From Callorhinchus milii (taxonomy: Eukaryota), in assembly GCF_018977255.1 (NCBI RefSeq), contig NW_024704742.1, forward strand, positions 35,280,001-35,344,000: a DNA stretch of 64,000 bases, read 5' to 3'. Position numbers and translations under genes: made by a program. The notes beneath the pieces were generated by a model. That model made no database searches and was not told the origin of the DNA. It saw nothing but the letters and a program-made list of their open reading frames with translations. Below, one piece after another: positions 13,814 through 27,647 of this stretch. The first letter of the stretch is position 1. The number at the start of each line of letters is the position of its first letter.

Positions 13814-14649
13814 AGCATCAGCTAAAATTTTAGGACAAATAGGTCTTAAAGTCTAGAATTCCGGGCCTTCTATTTTGTATAATTGTTTTTTTAAATAAAA
13901 TTGAGGTTGGAAAAGACATAAGATTTATTGGACTTTCAAACTAAGTTTAAGGTATGTAAATGATCCTACAGAGGTAATAAAAAGCTTTTATAATCAGTTA
14001 ATTAAATGATAATTTAAAGCACCCTGGGAGGCGGTATGAAGCACTGAGTAGTTTTAATCAACCATTTATGAGAGGGTTATTCCATGTTCTGCTCTATAAT
14101 TGCATTTTATTGATGCACTTTTCCATGTTCACCTCTTTACGACCAAATCATTTCTATCTGATCTTTACCAAATGTTAGAATTAGATATATCATTGATGTA
14201 CTTTGTTGAAACTGATGCACATTATTTTAAACATGGCTTCAATGAAGCTTTAAAGATATTACAAAGAAACCCACTACAGTTCATGAGGCAAACAGATCTT
14301 AGTCAAGCCCACAATTGCTTTCTCATTTCCATCTGTTTTGGCAAAGCAATTCTGTATTTAAGCAAGTGTGGCATTTGTGAAGAAAATTGGAAATCATTTT
14401 AGTTTCTAACTTTTAATTCAGCTTTGAAGATGCGTATCATTGAACTTTATGAAGTTAAACAGAAATTCTGATTGCAACAGCTGCTGCATGAGTTCCTTTA
14501 AACTGATACATCAACATGCTATGGTGATTCAAAAATTGATGCCTACTCATCATTTGTACCCAGAGCCAGGGATTGAATACAGCCACTAAATGCCAGTGAC
14601 TGGACATCATCATTTCAATGCAATGCAATTTATTATGATTGTCTGCTAA

Positions 14650-14856
14650 CAAAATGCAAAATACTGCAAATGTTGGAAATCTAAAAACAAAAACAGAAGT
14701 CGTTGGGAACACTCAACAGGTCAGGCAGCATCTATGAAGAAAGGAAAGTGAGTCAACATTTCGGATCCATAACCCTTCGTCAGAACAGTCTGTTGACGCG
14801 CTTTCCTTTCTCCATAGATGCTGCCTGACCTGCTGAATGTTCCCAGTGACTTTTGA
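14650..14856. mobile_element. Penelope-type terminal sequence arranged as an inverted repeat, with a hammerhead-like core
   Basis: 54-bp arms at 14705-14758 and 14791-14844 (49/54 match); loop read on the minus strand gives CTGACGA-A-GGGT-tatgg-ATCC-GAAA-TGTTG. Confidence 0.7.
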
Positions 14857-15308
14857 TTGTCTGCTATGTTGGCATGAAGGCATCTGGGACTTCAAAAAGC
14901 AACTTCCCAGTCTCAGCATCAGGAATTTCCAGGTCAGCATGACTTAAAATGTACCTACTCTGTTCAAACTTAACATTAGAAGTAGAGTTATTTAAATAAT
15001 GAGTCTGGAAAACCTAATGAACATGTGCATTTAGTGGCATTTTGGTGACTTCCTTCTCATTTTGAATAATGCCATGGGATCTTTCCAACCATTTATACCG
15101 AGAGATGATACCAAGGATTAACATCTCATCCAAAGTACAGGATGTAAAGGATGGAAAGTACATCTCCTCCAGCGAACCTCATTTATGTCACATTAATTCA
15201 TGAAATCCTGACTCTGAGAAGTTCTTGGGTATGGCCAAGGTTTCATGGGCTGGTTTGACTTGTGTGGTGTCCCCTGGAGGAGACCAGCTTTAAGTCCTGA
15301 AGTATTGT

Positions 15309-15671
15309 GGAGTACTGTAGCTCAGTGGTTAGGGCACTCACCTCGCAAGCAAGAGACCTGTGTTCAATTCCTGGCAGGGTGCAATGTTGACCAAGTTTCC
15401 TTAATCCACATGCTCTGCTTACCTAGCAGTAAGTAGGAGCTCAGTTATTAGTTGATTGGCAGATCGCTTTTCTGGGGGCAATAATTCCTTTTAAAAAATC
15501 GGTCACTTCTATCCATGACTGTTTATGAGACACTGCTGTGTGCAATTTGCTGCCGTGTTTCATCCACAAAATGTTCAGTTAATTCACTTTACAGTGTATT
15601 CTGTGAAGTGCTGTGAGACATCTTGAAGACATGATAAGGCGCCATATCAAATGAAAGGATTATTATTATTT
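15309..15671 (+). mobile_element. tRNA-Ala-headed SINE, long subfamily
   Basis: 'gtagctcagtggttagggcactcacctcgcaagcaagagacctgtgttcaattcc', extra segment 'ctctgcttacctagcagtaagtaggagc', shared tail. Confidence 0.88.
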
Positions 15672-16084
15672 TGTCCAGTTCTGAGATGCCATTTTCACTC
15701 CTGCTTTCCCAAGGGGAATTTTTGCAACCCCAGTAAAACAACATTAGTAAGAAAAGTTTTTTTTCACATTATTAAGCAAACCTAAATGAAAGTCAATCTA
15801 ATTACAACTGTTTGTGTAAGTTGTACTAGCATGCATTTCATATTTTGTGCCCAAATCAGGTATGTTTGTAGTTAGTTTGCAGTAAATAGATGTCATCCAT
15901 TAAACTGTTGAAGAGGGAGGGTGATGTGCAGCAGCTTGGATGTTCATAAAAAACTTGCTTGGATTAAGCTTCAAATGTCCTATCGCGGTTGCTGAGTGCT
16001 GAGCATCAGTTATTTATGAAATGGCAATGGGCAGAGAGGAGCAATGTTACAGTGCCTGTGTATAGATAAGTTGTATACCTGTGG

Positions 16085-16351
16085 AGAATAAGAATAATCC
16101 TTGCATTTGATATAGCTCCTTAACAAATCTTCGAGTCATCTCAAAGCTTTTCACAGAATATAATGTACAGTGAATTGATTGTATATTTTGTGGGTGTAAC
16201 GCAGCAGCTAATTGCACACAGCAGTGTCCCACAAACAGTCATGGATTGAGTGATCAATGTATTATTTTTTTTAAGGAATTATTACCCCCGGAAAAGTGAT
16301 CTGCTAATCGACGAACAACCGAGTTCCTACTTATTGCTAGGTAAACAGAGG
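16085..16351 (-). mobile_element. 5'-truncated long-subfamily SINE
   Basis: Runs from the tail to 'gttcctacttattgctaggtaaacagagg'. Confidence 0.85.
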
Positions 16352-17039
16352 AATGACAGAGGAAGCCAGAAAAATTCTGATAGGTTTTTCACAATAATTT
16401 ACTGTTGTAGTGCAAATAGACATTGACACTGTGCATGCATGTAGACATATGCACTGAGCCTGAAATTCCAGCTTAACATTTGTTATGCGGTGATCCAAGA
16501 TGTTATCCTGCATGAAGAGCGCTATATGAATGAAAGTTGTTGTAATTGCTGTGAAGGTAATGACACAATGTGGGGAGTAAAATAATGCAAACGCATCTTA
16601 AAACCCTAACACAATTCCATAGGCTTTTTTTTTCGTTTGTGGTGTAAACGCTTCCATGTTATCACAATAAAAACCTTAATTAGAAACTCATTGAAAGGTA
16701 AGGTTCACACGCCATTAGTTTACTCAGTAAATTCTATCATTTTAGACTGCTTTAAAACCAGTGCTGATTTACGGCTGTTACAGTATACATTAGCATGTTA
16801 CAGGCATGATTGCAGAATCCTTGTGGATTGACCATCATGGCGGCTTGCACGGTCGGTGGAATTGGGATTATGTTCTTTTCAGTTAAAAAAGATGGCAACT
16901 AATTCTGCCTTCACCCATAAATATCCACCCCTTAGATGAAAATCTAAAGACACAGAGAGTCTTTTATGCTACTAATTTTACTGGCATTGAGAGGGGATAT
17001 ATTATTAAATTATTATTGTAAGTATTATATTATTATAAA

Positions 17040-17760
17040 TATTATATGTTGGAAGTTCTATCGTTTGATTGAGATGTAAAACCGAGTTCCTGTCTGCCTG
17101 TTCAGGTGGATGTTAAAGATCCCTGGTACTAATTGAAAAGAGTTTCTCCCGGCATCTGGCCAACAATCCTCCAGTCAGAATTGATCAATCACTTCATAAC
17201 TGTTTGTGGGATGTTGATAATAATAATTCTTGAATTGGCTATAGCACCTTATCATATTGTCAAGATGTCTCAAATTGCTTCACAGTGGATTGACAGTGCA
17301 TATTGCGGGTAAAATGTGGCAGCCAGTTTGCACACAGCAATGTCCCACAACAAACATGGAGTGATTGACCAATTTTATTTGGGGGATTTGTTGGCCAAGT
17401 CACCGGGAGAAATTCCCTTCTCTTCTCGAGTAGTGCCATGGGATCTTTAATGTCTGTCTGAACAGGCAGCTGGGAGCTCGGTTTTATGTCTCCATCCAAA
17501 GAACAGCACCTCCGACAGTGCAAAACCCCCGGCGCTGTACTGGAGTGTAGCTTAAGACTATGTGATTCCATAGTCCCGATGTGCGGTTTGAACCCACAAC
17601 CTTCCGACTCAGAGACGAGAGTGCTGCAAGTGAGCCAGGCTGTGTGCATATTGGTTGCTGTGTTTGCTTACAAAATACACATACTACTTTACAGTAAATC
17701 CTATGAGGTATTAAGAGAAATCCTCCGAACATGAAAGGTGATGCAAGGATAATTATTTTA
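17040..17760 (+). mobile_element. Deu-type SINE (host) split by an antisense SINE
   Basis: 'tgtttgtgggatgttg' (~17215) resumes as 'ctgtgtgcatattggttgctg' (~17640), matching the contiguous consensus. Confidence 0.75.
17218..17641 (-). mobile_element. Full-length Deu-type SINE (nested insert)
   Basis: (TAA)n tail through to head 'gaacccacaaccttccgactcagagacgagagtgctgcaagtgagccaggc'. Confidence 0.88.
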
Positions 17761-20700
17761 TCATCTGGCAAGTAGGAACTGTTGGAAAATCATTGCAAAG
17801 TTGGCAGCAGTGAAAGTATTTTTACTGCATTGATTTCCTTGGGCACGGGTTGCGTCTGGAAACTCATTTACAGTAGTGTTTCTTGGAGTTCCTCGACATT
17901 TCTACATTTGCAGAACATTTTTTCAGTCAAATAGTGACCTTTCTTTCTGCTGTCCCCTCAATGAAGTTGGAAACATTGTTATGATGCTGATCTACCCTGT
18001 TTTGCCAGCTTTATTTGCAATTCTTGTGTTGCTTCACATTAACGTCCTCATGTATCTTTAGATGACAATTATTTTCCTCCCAGGACAGGTCAGTTGCTAA
18101 ATCAATTTAAGCTATATAATTATAAGGTAGCCTCTGTGACAGTAGTTCAGTTAATGCTATTTGGTTTCCTTCTACAACTAAGAATAGAAATTCTATCTGG
18201 GTCTATATTACTCGACTTATTTCACATTGCATCCGGCATTCTGCTTTGAGGCCAAATTCTCGGCTCATAAAAGTCCGCGAAAGCAAAACGCTGGCTGACC
18301 TATGGAATCATAAATTCTTTGAACAATTCCATAAGATCTTTAACATCCACCTGAACAGTCAGATGGTACCTCAGTTTGACATCTCGTTCGAATGATGGTA
18401 CCTCCAAAAATGCAGTGCCCCCCCAGCACTACACTGGAGTGTAGCACTACACTAGGTGGTGTGAGCTCAGAGATAAGATGGATGTATTGAAGGGAAATTA
18501 TGGGAGTTGGTTGACTAATTGGACTATTTTCTACCCCTGCCTGAAACTGTTACCATATTCCTGGACCGTGTTACAGTGTAACAACTGACAACAAATCAAA
18601 CTCTGAAATCATAGAAATTTGAAATTATTATATATTCAGAAATGATATAAGGCAAACAATACGATTATTGAAAGTCATATGCAACCGCTCTGGGAATGAC
18701 ATGTTGAAAAAATGACAACAGTTGCAATTTTTTCACATTTTGTGAATACAGTATCAAAATTAAGAACTGTAAAATAGTCATAGCAATGTCAATGAGACTG
18801 AGTGGTATTCCACTCACCAATTCATTTGCCATTTAAAATAAAAGTGCGCCTCCAAGTTTCGCTGTTTTAATGGTTTACCAAATATATAGGCATCTATCAC
18901 ACCCCAATCATTGCCACAAGCAATCTTTTGATTATGTGTTTATAATGGGAGATTCCATTACAGATACATAACAGAAGTGTTAGTGATTGGCAAGTGACAA
19001 ACCCAGTGTTAAAAACAGAACACAGTAATTGACATGGATACAATCTACACCTATTCATGCACAAAGCATAACTTACTCACCCATGTCGTTTATTTTGAGT
19101 TTTAGGTTAGAAATCCCACACCTCCCCATTATGTGGTCGCTGTTCTGGACGTTTATTTACTTCCAGATGCCAGGTTCTTTCAAAAGATTGTTTTTCCGAG
19201 ATATTGCGTTTCATAAGATACATTAAGAAACATTACATTGGATACTCATTTGTCGTTTTTGTGCTCTGACTAAACAGTCACCTTTCACTCCCCTTTTACT
19301 CAGATATCGTTTTACATTTTGCTGAAGATATCGCCTTGGTTGGCCAATTTATGCTCATGCAGAGTCATCTGCCATGAAGTCTATTATCATCATTTATGGT
19401 GATATGTTTGTCCTGATTATGGCAGCCCACAGCAGCCTCGTCTCATAATGACATTCTGCTCCTGTTGGCAGGGCTCCACTTCAGCCTTGTCATCCAGGAA
19501 AAAGCTGCTGCCTTTGTACTGTACTTGGATGCAAATAAAAGTGATTTTTAGATAACTCGATCACTGTGTGTATTTGCATGTCTTGGTGGGGGGCTGGGGG
19601 GAGGGGGGATAGGGAGGAGAGAGAAAGATATAAAACAGTGAACCTCAGAAAGAAAATAAATGTTCCTGTTGCTTATGCATGGTTGAGAAAAGATACTGTA
19701 TAACGCTGTTAGAATAGGCAGGATTCACATGGTTTAGAAATCTGGGTTAAAACAAAACATGATTCCTCCCTACAAACGAACAGGTTGCAGTCATGCAAAG
19801 GCAAAGTGCTGGCAGGCAATCCTTCCAATTCCACTGCATTGCAAACACAATGAGCCTGGCTTCCCTTTTGTGCCTTTGATTAGAAGAGTGCCTCCTGCTG
19901 GTTGGTCCCTGAAGGAGCAGCAATAGGGCGTGTGGGAAGCAAAGCTCCGCTGTGGGGACTTTGCCACATGCGTGGTTGGCTAGTTCCAGTCTAGGAAGTG
20001 GTTGTAATTTAATGCTTCCTGTCTGCCGTTTGTCACTCCATTTCACAAATAAATTATTTTGACTCAACCCTAATTAAAAAAAATTGGCAGAACACAGTTC
20101 ACATCACCAGTTCTATCACATAGCCAGAAATAAATAAGAACACAATGGAAAGTAAGTCTCCAGCTGGCCCACTTTTATACTTAATGCCTATGGAAAAATA
20201 ATGAAAAAAACATATTTTTATCTTGTTGTCAATAAGCCAGTTTTCCAATGAGCTTCATTGCCCAGCATTCGTATTTTCTTCAGAGTATTTATCAAGAATC
20301 AATAGACTATTGAAATAATTTCTGGACGTTGTAATTATTGTGGTCACCAGACAAACATGTTTGACTAATTTTTATTCTTCATCCCCATTACCACAAGGTG
20401 CAAAAATGTCCAAGTTGTGAATTTGCAAAAGATATGGCATAAAGGTGAATTGAAGATCATATAGACAATGTCTAGAGAAAGAATGGGAGTGGAGAAAGAG
20501 ATATGTGGCAGGGGCTGAACCCCATTTATGTACTTGGTATGCAAAAGCATCAAGGAAACCGCCTCAAGCAGTGCATTACGAAACCTGAAGGTGATACAGA
20601 GCTTGTACGTAAGGAAGGGAAGAGCGTGCTTCTGTCCTGACAACTTGCGATGATGACCAGGTGGGATGTGTTATCCTAACAGTCTGCGGCTCTTGTGAAT

Positions 20701-21699
20701 TATTTGCTGATAGATATAAACAGCTGTTATTCTTGGTAATGGAAAGCAATTAGAAACATCTGTACTCTTGGCTGTGAATGATGTCTGCAATCCTCACAGC
20801 TCCCAAGTGCCACTGGGAAAAAATTACATCATCAGCACAGGGCTGGTAATTGAGAGCACATTATGGGCTGATGATTAGTACTGAACTGTGAAGAACAATG
20901 GGTGAGTTTGATTAACACACCTCCACCAGTCGTAGCACAATGGTTACGCTTTTTTTATTACCAATTTATCATTTGCCAATCATAACCCGAATGGATTGTT
21001 GCCCCAATAATCTTTCCAAANTTTTTTTAACAGCCTTTTTCTAGTTTTTGTTGGAATAAGATGTATTTTATCCCGAATTTTTGCTCAAGCTATTCATTGA
21101 AAGGATTTCTGTCAACGTAGCAAAATCTTTTCGGAATTAAAATTTTGAAATTTCTTTTTGTGCATTATTGTGAAACGTCCGTCTTTTGGTGTTTGTGTTT
21201 CACATTTGTTGCTTGTTGAATGGGAAATTAAAACATCTGGGCATGCTCAATGTGTAAATGAACTGTACTGGGTGATCTGGAAGGATGTGATCAGATGGGC
21301 TGGAGGGCCTTCTCGCTCCGAACCCATGACCCGTACAGACCTAGTAGTTTTGAGATCAGTTAAGGCAGCAGTGGGATGGGATGGTGGGGGTTGGAGGTTC
21401 TTGCAATTATTTTCAGCTGATGAGAAATCAGCCACTGTTCCCATTTCTGATCATAATCTAGTGACCTCCTGCTAGAAAGTGCTTGTGTCGAATGCAGAAT
21501 CAGCCTCAACTCCCTAAAATGAGTTATCTTGTACATGAAGAATGGCCATTCTGTCAGGTACTCCTCCTCCCAACAAAAGACAATCAATACTAAAACTTAC
21601 ATAAAAAGACAGTTGAGTGAAAGAATGAAACCATTGTTTGCATCTATAACAGACTAATGTTAACAAAAAAATACCACCTTATTCATATCTCACTTGTGC

Positions 21700-22350
21700 T
21701 TTCTGGACTCTGGTTCCAACTCCACTAATCTCAAGCACAATCAGTCAGTGAACAATCTTGGCATTCTGCTGGTAATAATAATAATCCTTGCATTTGATAT
21801 AGCGCTTTTCATGTCTTCTAGTGAATTGACTGTATATTTGTGGGTGAAATGCAGCAGCCAACTATCCTTCAAACTTCAATCTTAGTCCATAGTAAGGCAA
21901 CCTGTTGCCATATCCAGAACACCCTTACAGCCTTACCTCACCCCTTGCTGCTGAAATCTATATTGATGTTTCCTTGAGAATTTATTTCTCCATTGATCTC
22001 CTTTCCAGCTTCCTTAGGTTCACTTTCCATAAGGTTTAATTTACCTAAAATGTTCCAGCTTACATTAGCGACTGCACTAGGCTCCATAAACTTTTCACTC
22101 CCATCCTCACCAGGCTCTGATAGTTGCCAGCACATTGATTTTAAGGTCCTTTACCTGATCTTCAAATCTTTTCACTCGTCTCTCTGATTCTAGTCTATAG
22201 CCTGTTCCTCACTCCCTCCATCCTACTACTGGGGGCTAACCCTTCAGTCACTGTCTCCCTACCCTCTGGAAGTCTCATTCAAAACCTCTTCACCTCATTC
22301 CATCTTTCCTTGCCTTCAGAACCTTGCTAAAAACATATTTTTTCGACTGT
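21700..22350 (+). mobile_element. Highly decayed L2 RT/3' region, with a minus-strand SINE piece at 21773-21860
   Basis: 'gtgaacaatcttggcattct', 'cattgattttaaggtccttt', 'ctctggaagtctc...ccttcagaaccttgctaaaaacatatttt' follow L2 ORF2 C-terminal motif order. Confidence 0.6.
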
Positions 22351-23194
22351 GCAGCTCTGTGGGGTGTGATAGTGTCATGGATTGAATGAACTATTATTAG
22401 GAAAACATGCCCTCCAAGCTTCAGTAATTTCAACAGCAATCCCATTATTTCTCTCCACTGACCAACAACTTTAGTTGCATTCTTTAGGAAACAGGGTTCA
22501 TGACCTTTTTGTGGCCTCTAACTTTGGCAGTAATATTGTAATTCTTCCATTCTTATGATAAAACAGTGACTGCACTTTTTTTTTACCGGAGGCCAATGCA
22601 TTTGTAAGGTTATCGCTGTGTGACATGTGTTACTGACCAGATATCTTTACAATTGTAGGCTGCTTTGCAGCTATAAAGGATGCCAGTAGATGGTGATCTT
22701 ATGTTGTAAACTGAATTTACTATTGTGTGTGGTTAGCTTTTCCCACTGACAAAAAATAATATTGAAAACCAATACATTTGTTTTTCCAGTCAATCCTCAA
22801 GGAAATAAAATTTTGAAATCCTCGGTCTGAACTCTCTACTTCAAGGAATACACATTTTAGCATTTTGGTGCCTGAAAAACATCATTAGATTTCCCTTACT
22901 CTTCTTTGCTCTCATTATTTCTGCTGGTTCTGGGAATAGAACGCACACACACAGATTACACTCACATTGTAGATTTGTTTCTCAATTATACTTATATAAC
23001 AGCAGATGGACAGAGAGATCACTGGTCCTTATCTGCATTTTATTCTGATACCAATGTAAACTTCTAGGATTGGAGCATAACATTTGCAGGTTATAACTAT
23101 TCTTTATGTAGCTATCATAAGTATTTTTTACAAATAAGAATTACAGTATTGCATCCTACTATTAATTGACAGCGATGAGAATTTGGATGTTCTT

Positions 23195-23572
23195 AACATC
23201 CAAGCTTGACTATGCAAACTCATTGCTTGTCGGCCTCCCCAACTCCTCCCTCCATAGGCTGCAGATCATCCAGAACTCTGCAGCTAGTGTGCTCTCCCGC
23301 ACCAGGTTCTGTGACCCCATCACTCCCATCCTTGCCCAATTCCACTGGCTTCCCATCACACAGAGGATACAGTTCAAGATCCTGGTCCTCACATTCAAAG
23401 CCCTCCATGGCCTTGCTCCCCCTACCTTTGCGACCTCCTAACCTCCAACCAACCTGCCCACTCCCTCCACTCAGCGGGCTCCGGCCTTCTTCATGTATCC
23501 CGCCTTGCTTGCCTCACCATTGTTGGCCGGGCCTTCAGCCATTCAGCCCCCACCCTCTGGAACGCCATCCCA
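23195..23572 (+). mobile_element. L2 LINE ORF2 C-terminal fragment
   Basis: Translation SKLDYANSLLVGLP...LQIIQNSAA...ITPILAQFHWLPITQRIQFKILVLTFKALHGLAP is the hallmark L2 C-terminal segment. Confidence 0.92.
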
Positions 23573-26500
23573 TGATGTGTGTTTCTAGCATTCTGTCTTT
23601 TTATGCTTTTGAATTGGTTGCCACAATACTTGCAAATACTTACTTGAATAGTCCAATAGAACGGCTATCATATCACTTCCAAATGATACTCGGGTCAACT
23701 CAAATGCTTTGTACAAAAACAATCTCAAATATTTTTGAAGTCATTTCATTCAACACGTTGCTGTTGGTTTCTTTGTTACCATTCTTACTACAATAGGAGA
23801 GTCACTACAATTGTCCACCATTAATGCCATGAGTCGCTCAGTGTGCTAATATCTGTGGTATTAGCAATGATATCAAAAGGCATGTGATACCGCCCTGTGT
23901 GATTACTACTAATCTTTCAGTGAGTGGCACTGCATTTTCTGTTGGTAACATTGACAACCATAGATAATGTAGATGTAAGCAAGCTATTTAACTTGTGAAT
24001 ACAGAGCGAAAGACACAGGACAGCAGGCTGTTTAACCTGTGTGTTCATAGCTAAAGGACACGAGTATGAAATTAGCATGCCTCAAGTGAAAAATGAGATT
24101 TGAAGAAAATTTTACCAACACAGAATGTTGGATATTGGATATGTGGAAGAGAGTTCCAGCAAAAAAAACAAGATTAATTTCTAATTATTTATGGTGTTCA
24201 ACTTTATAAGCATAAGCACAGATACATATCATCAATATGTCAGTACGTGCTGCAAAGATTATGGAAGTATCTGTGTAAAGTAACCCGTCACAGTTGGATG
24301 GTGGAGATAAGCAGATACAGCAATGAGCTATTCAGTTCAGCAGCTATCTTTGGTGACGGGAGCAAGTGTAGAGAGTATTACAGTAGATCAAATTGAAATA
24401 TTCTTACTCCATTTCTCAGTAAAATAACTTGTAACAAAATACTTCAAGATTGAAAACAATCAGAAGCAATAAATAAATTTATGCTGCTCTTGAAAAGCCT
24501 TTTATTTTGGAAAGTATTCCTTTTAACTTGTGTTCAATCCAAAACAAAGTGAAGGTTCCAATAAATGCTATTCTTACTAAGAGGTTGGCCAACGTAAGAG
24601 TTGCAGAATACAGGAAAGATGTCATTAAAAATGTGTAAATAGGAATTGTTACTGTGGATATAAGTGTGGTGTGCATTACTGGCTTCATCAGAATGGGATG
24701 TGAGAATAATAATTCATTTAGGAACTTGCAAAAGTATTAAAACAGGTCAGCAGGGTTCAAAAGCTTTAAAAATCGTAATAAACAGGTGTCTAAGTTCACT
24801 CCATGGTTATTTCAAAGAGCTTGTTCCGAATGTAAATCAGATTTAAAGAAAAGATTACAGGATTAGGCACAAAGTTTTATAAACTGAAACAGCTGTTAAT
24901 CTTTTAATAACTGAGTTTGTATTGCAATGTGCATAGATGCCTTAATTTTACCTCTAAGCTCAAGTAGATGAACAATTGGAATAATAGCATAGTTCTCTTG
25001 AGGAGTAAAATAAATTACTGAATTACAGTTCAGGTTAACTTAAAGTCTAAATTTTAGGCAACTGTCGGTTCACTTCAGCTGAATTTTTTTTTGTCATCCG
25101 GGTGTCTGACACATGCGGACACCCATCACCATGTTTAACGAGTATCCAAACCAAATTGAGAATTCCATGCATCCCACCTACACATGGAAATCCCAGAGGT
25201 AGATGTTGGAATGGATGCGCACTCTCTCCCTGGAGGGACACATCCTGCCTAACTAGTTCCAGAAAGTATTAAGCGCAGGTTGACAAGAGCTGAGGATTGG
25301 GGACTCCAGAGTGTCATTTCAGCTGACACACAGGGGTATGCAGGTATGTGTAGGTAATCTAAAAGAAGAGGGAGTACAAGTATTCACTGTATGATTAAAA
25401 CTAGAGTTTCCAGACAGGGTAAAACACTATGTAACTTTTTTTTTGGGTGTTCATTGCAATTTGATGCTTAGTAAATAAATCATGACTTTTCTGAGAGAGA
25501 AAATCAAGTTATTTACCCTACTCCAAAATAGTCTATAACTGAAAACAATACTTTATGTGGAATGCAATGCATCAGTTTCTCACAGTAAAATATGTGTGAT
25601 ATGTAGAACAGTAAAATATGTGTGAATATAGAACCATGTGTGAAAGGCTTGTTTGGTTCCCAATGCCTGATTGGGTATAACATGAATAAATTTAGAGTGG
25701 ACTGCCCAACAATCTGCCATAGCTCCTTACTAATGGAACATTTCCATTTGTCACACCAATATTCTCTGTGAAACTGTGAGTAGCAATGTCAATCTAGAGC
25801 TAATTTAGACTCTGGACAGCATTGCAGATTTGTACACTGCACTTGTACTCATTGGGAAACAAGTTAAGATTGCTCAGAGTTTTTTCATGTTAGGGGTTTA
25901 TATCTAAGCAAATAGAAGATTTTCAATCTGTCAATCTGGGCTGGCACCAAGCTCTGGAAAAGGAAGGGCACATTGCTAACCCAATGCATGTCTCTTGCCC
26001 AATTTCGATACAGTCTATGTTCCTAATCCCTGCATTCTTTGCATCTGCATTTGATTATAGTGCCTTATCACTTCGTTGAGACATCTCAAAGTGCTTTACA
26101 GGATATACTGTAAAGTGGATTTGGTTGTATTTTATGATTGTTCCTGTTTATGATTTCATGAATAAACCAGGTAGGAAAACGTAATGCTTCAAATCAATGA
26201 GGCTGCCAATTGGAGGTGACATTTCTTCCATCTTGCAAAAAGAAGATAGTTCTCCTGCTTATGGTTCCTAAGGAGTACTTATGGTGATAAAGCTATGAAT
26301 TAGATTGATGCCTTTCTGTCCTTTTTGGAGGAAGACAGTGCAGCAGTATGTCTCACTAAAAACAACAAGAGAATAGAGAACATGAAAATCAAACCCTGAC
26401 TAGACATTATCAGAAAAAATTCAGGAGCAGGTGTGCTGTGGCAGATTTCTTTCCAAGACATGATCTTTTCATTTACGTTCAAATAGCTCTGCTTAGAGTT

Positions 26501-27323
26501 GATTTGTCCTGAAAAAAATAGACTCAAAGATTATATATCAAATTTCTACAAGATAGTATACAGAAAATTCAATTTAAAACGAGCACTAAATTAGTTTTGA
26601 AGGTGGTTTTTGCGAAGCGCATCATAGTGGATTGTTATTTGTGGCCCAAAAGCCGCTTTTGTTTTATTCTGAACTTTACAATTTCCTTGTTTCTAATCTC
26701 TTTAGCCTCTGTTTGATTTACCTGAAATTCCCTGCACAGATATCTGTCACTTTATAACATACTAAAGGATTATATCTGTCATATGAGCTCTTAGATAGGT
26801 ACCTTAAATAAGTTTTCTAGTAAATCTTATTGAATAACGGATTATGATGGAATTGGTGATTTAAAGGATATTGCACTACATCTGAATGACTGTATGAATG
26901 CAAGGTAGCATCTGTACTGCAAGGTATTTAATCTAATAGATTCTGATGCATCCTACGGAGAAAATGATTAATAACAGCGCAGAATCACAGGGCTTTATTG
27001 TTACAATTTTCTCTGAAAGAACACAAAGACTTGTGCCAAGTCGTCTTAACAATTTAAATACACAAAACTTGTATTACAAACAAGATCAATATCAACAGCG
27101 ATGGCAGTGCTACAGCTGGTGAACAGATCTTCGTGGTAGATTGTTGCCTCTGATAGCGTGGCGCCATCATAGCCTGTGTACCGCATGTTGGCTCTCTCCT
27201 GAATATGCCCGCTAACAAATACATATGAAATATATCAGCAATGAGATGTCTCAAAGTGCTTTACAGGATTTACTGTCAAGTGTATTTGTAGGCGAATGAC
27301 CTATTTCTGAAAATTTCTATTCT

Positions 27324-27647
27324 ATAATAATAATAATAATAATCCTTGCATTTGATATAGCGCTTTTCATGTCGGGAGGACATCCCAAAGCGCTTCACAG
27401 AACACACTGTAAAGTGAATTGACTGTATATTTGTGGGCGAACGCGGCAGCCAATTGTGCACAGCAATGTCCCACAAACAGTCGTAGATTGAAAATGACCA
27501 ATTTATTATTGTTTTTGGTTTTGGAGGGATTATTATTAGGCTCTGTGTGGAGTAAGGAAACTTGCCCAAGGTTTCGCCCTCTGCCTGGAATTGAACTCAG
27601 GTCTCTCGCTTGCAAAGCGAGTGCTCTAACCACAAGCTACAGGACTT
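27324..27647 (-). mobile_element. tRNA-Ala-headed SINE, short subfamily B
   Basis: Full length; near-identical to the plus-strand copy at 62753-63083 (shared 'ttttcaatctacgac'). Confidence 0.93.

Noticed and set aside
23206..23796. 196-aa ORF
   Set aside because: Out-of-frame reading of the L2 fragment extending into flanking DNA
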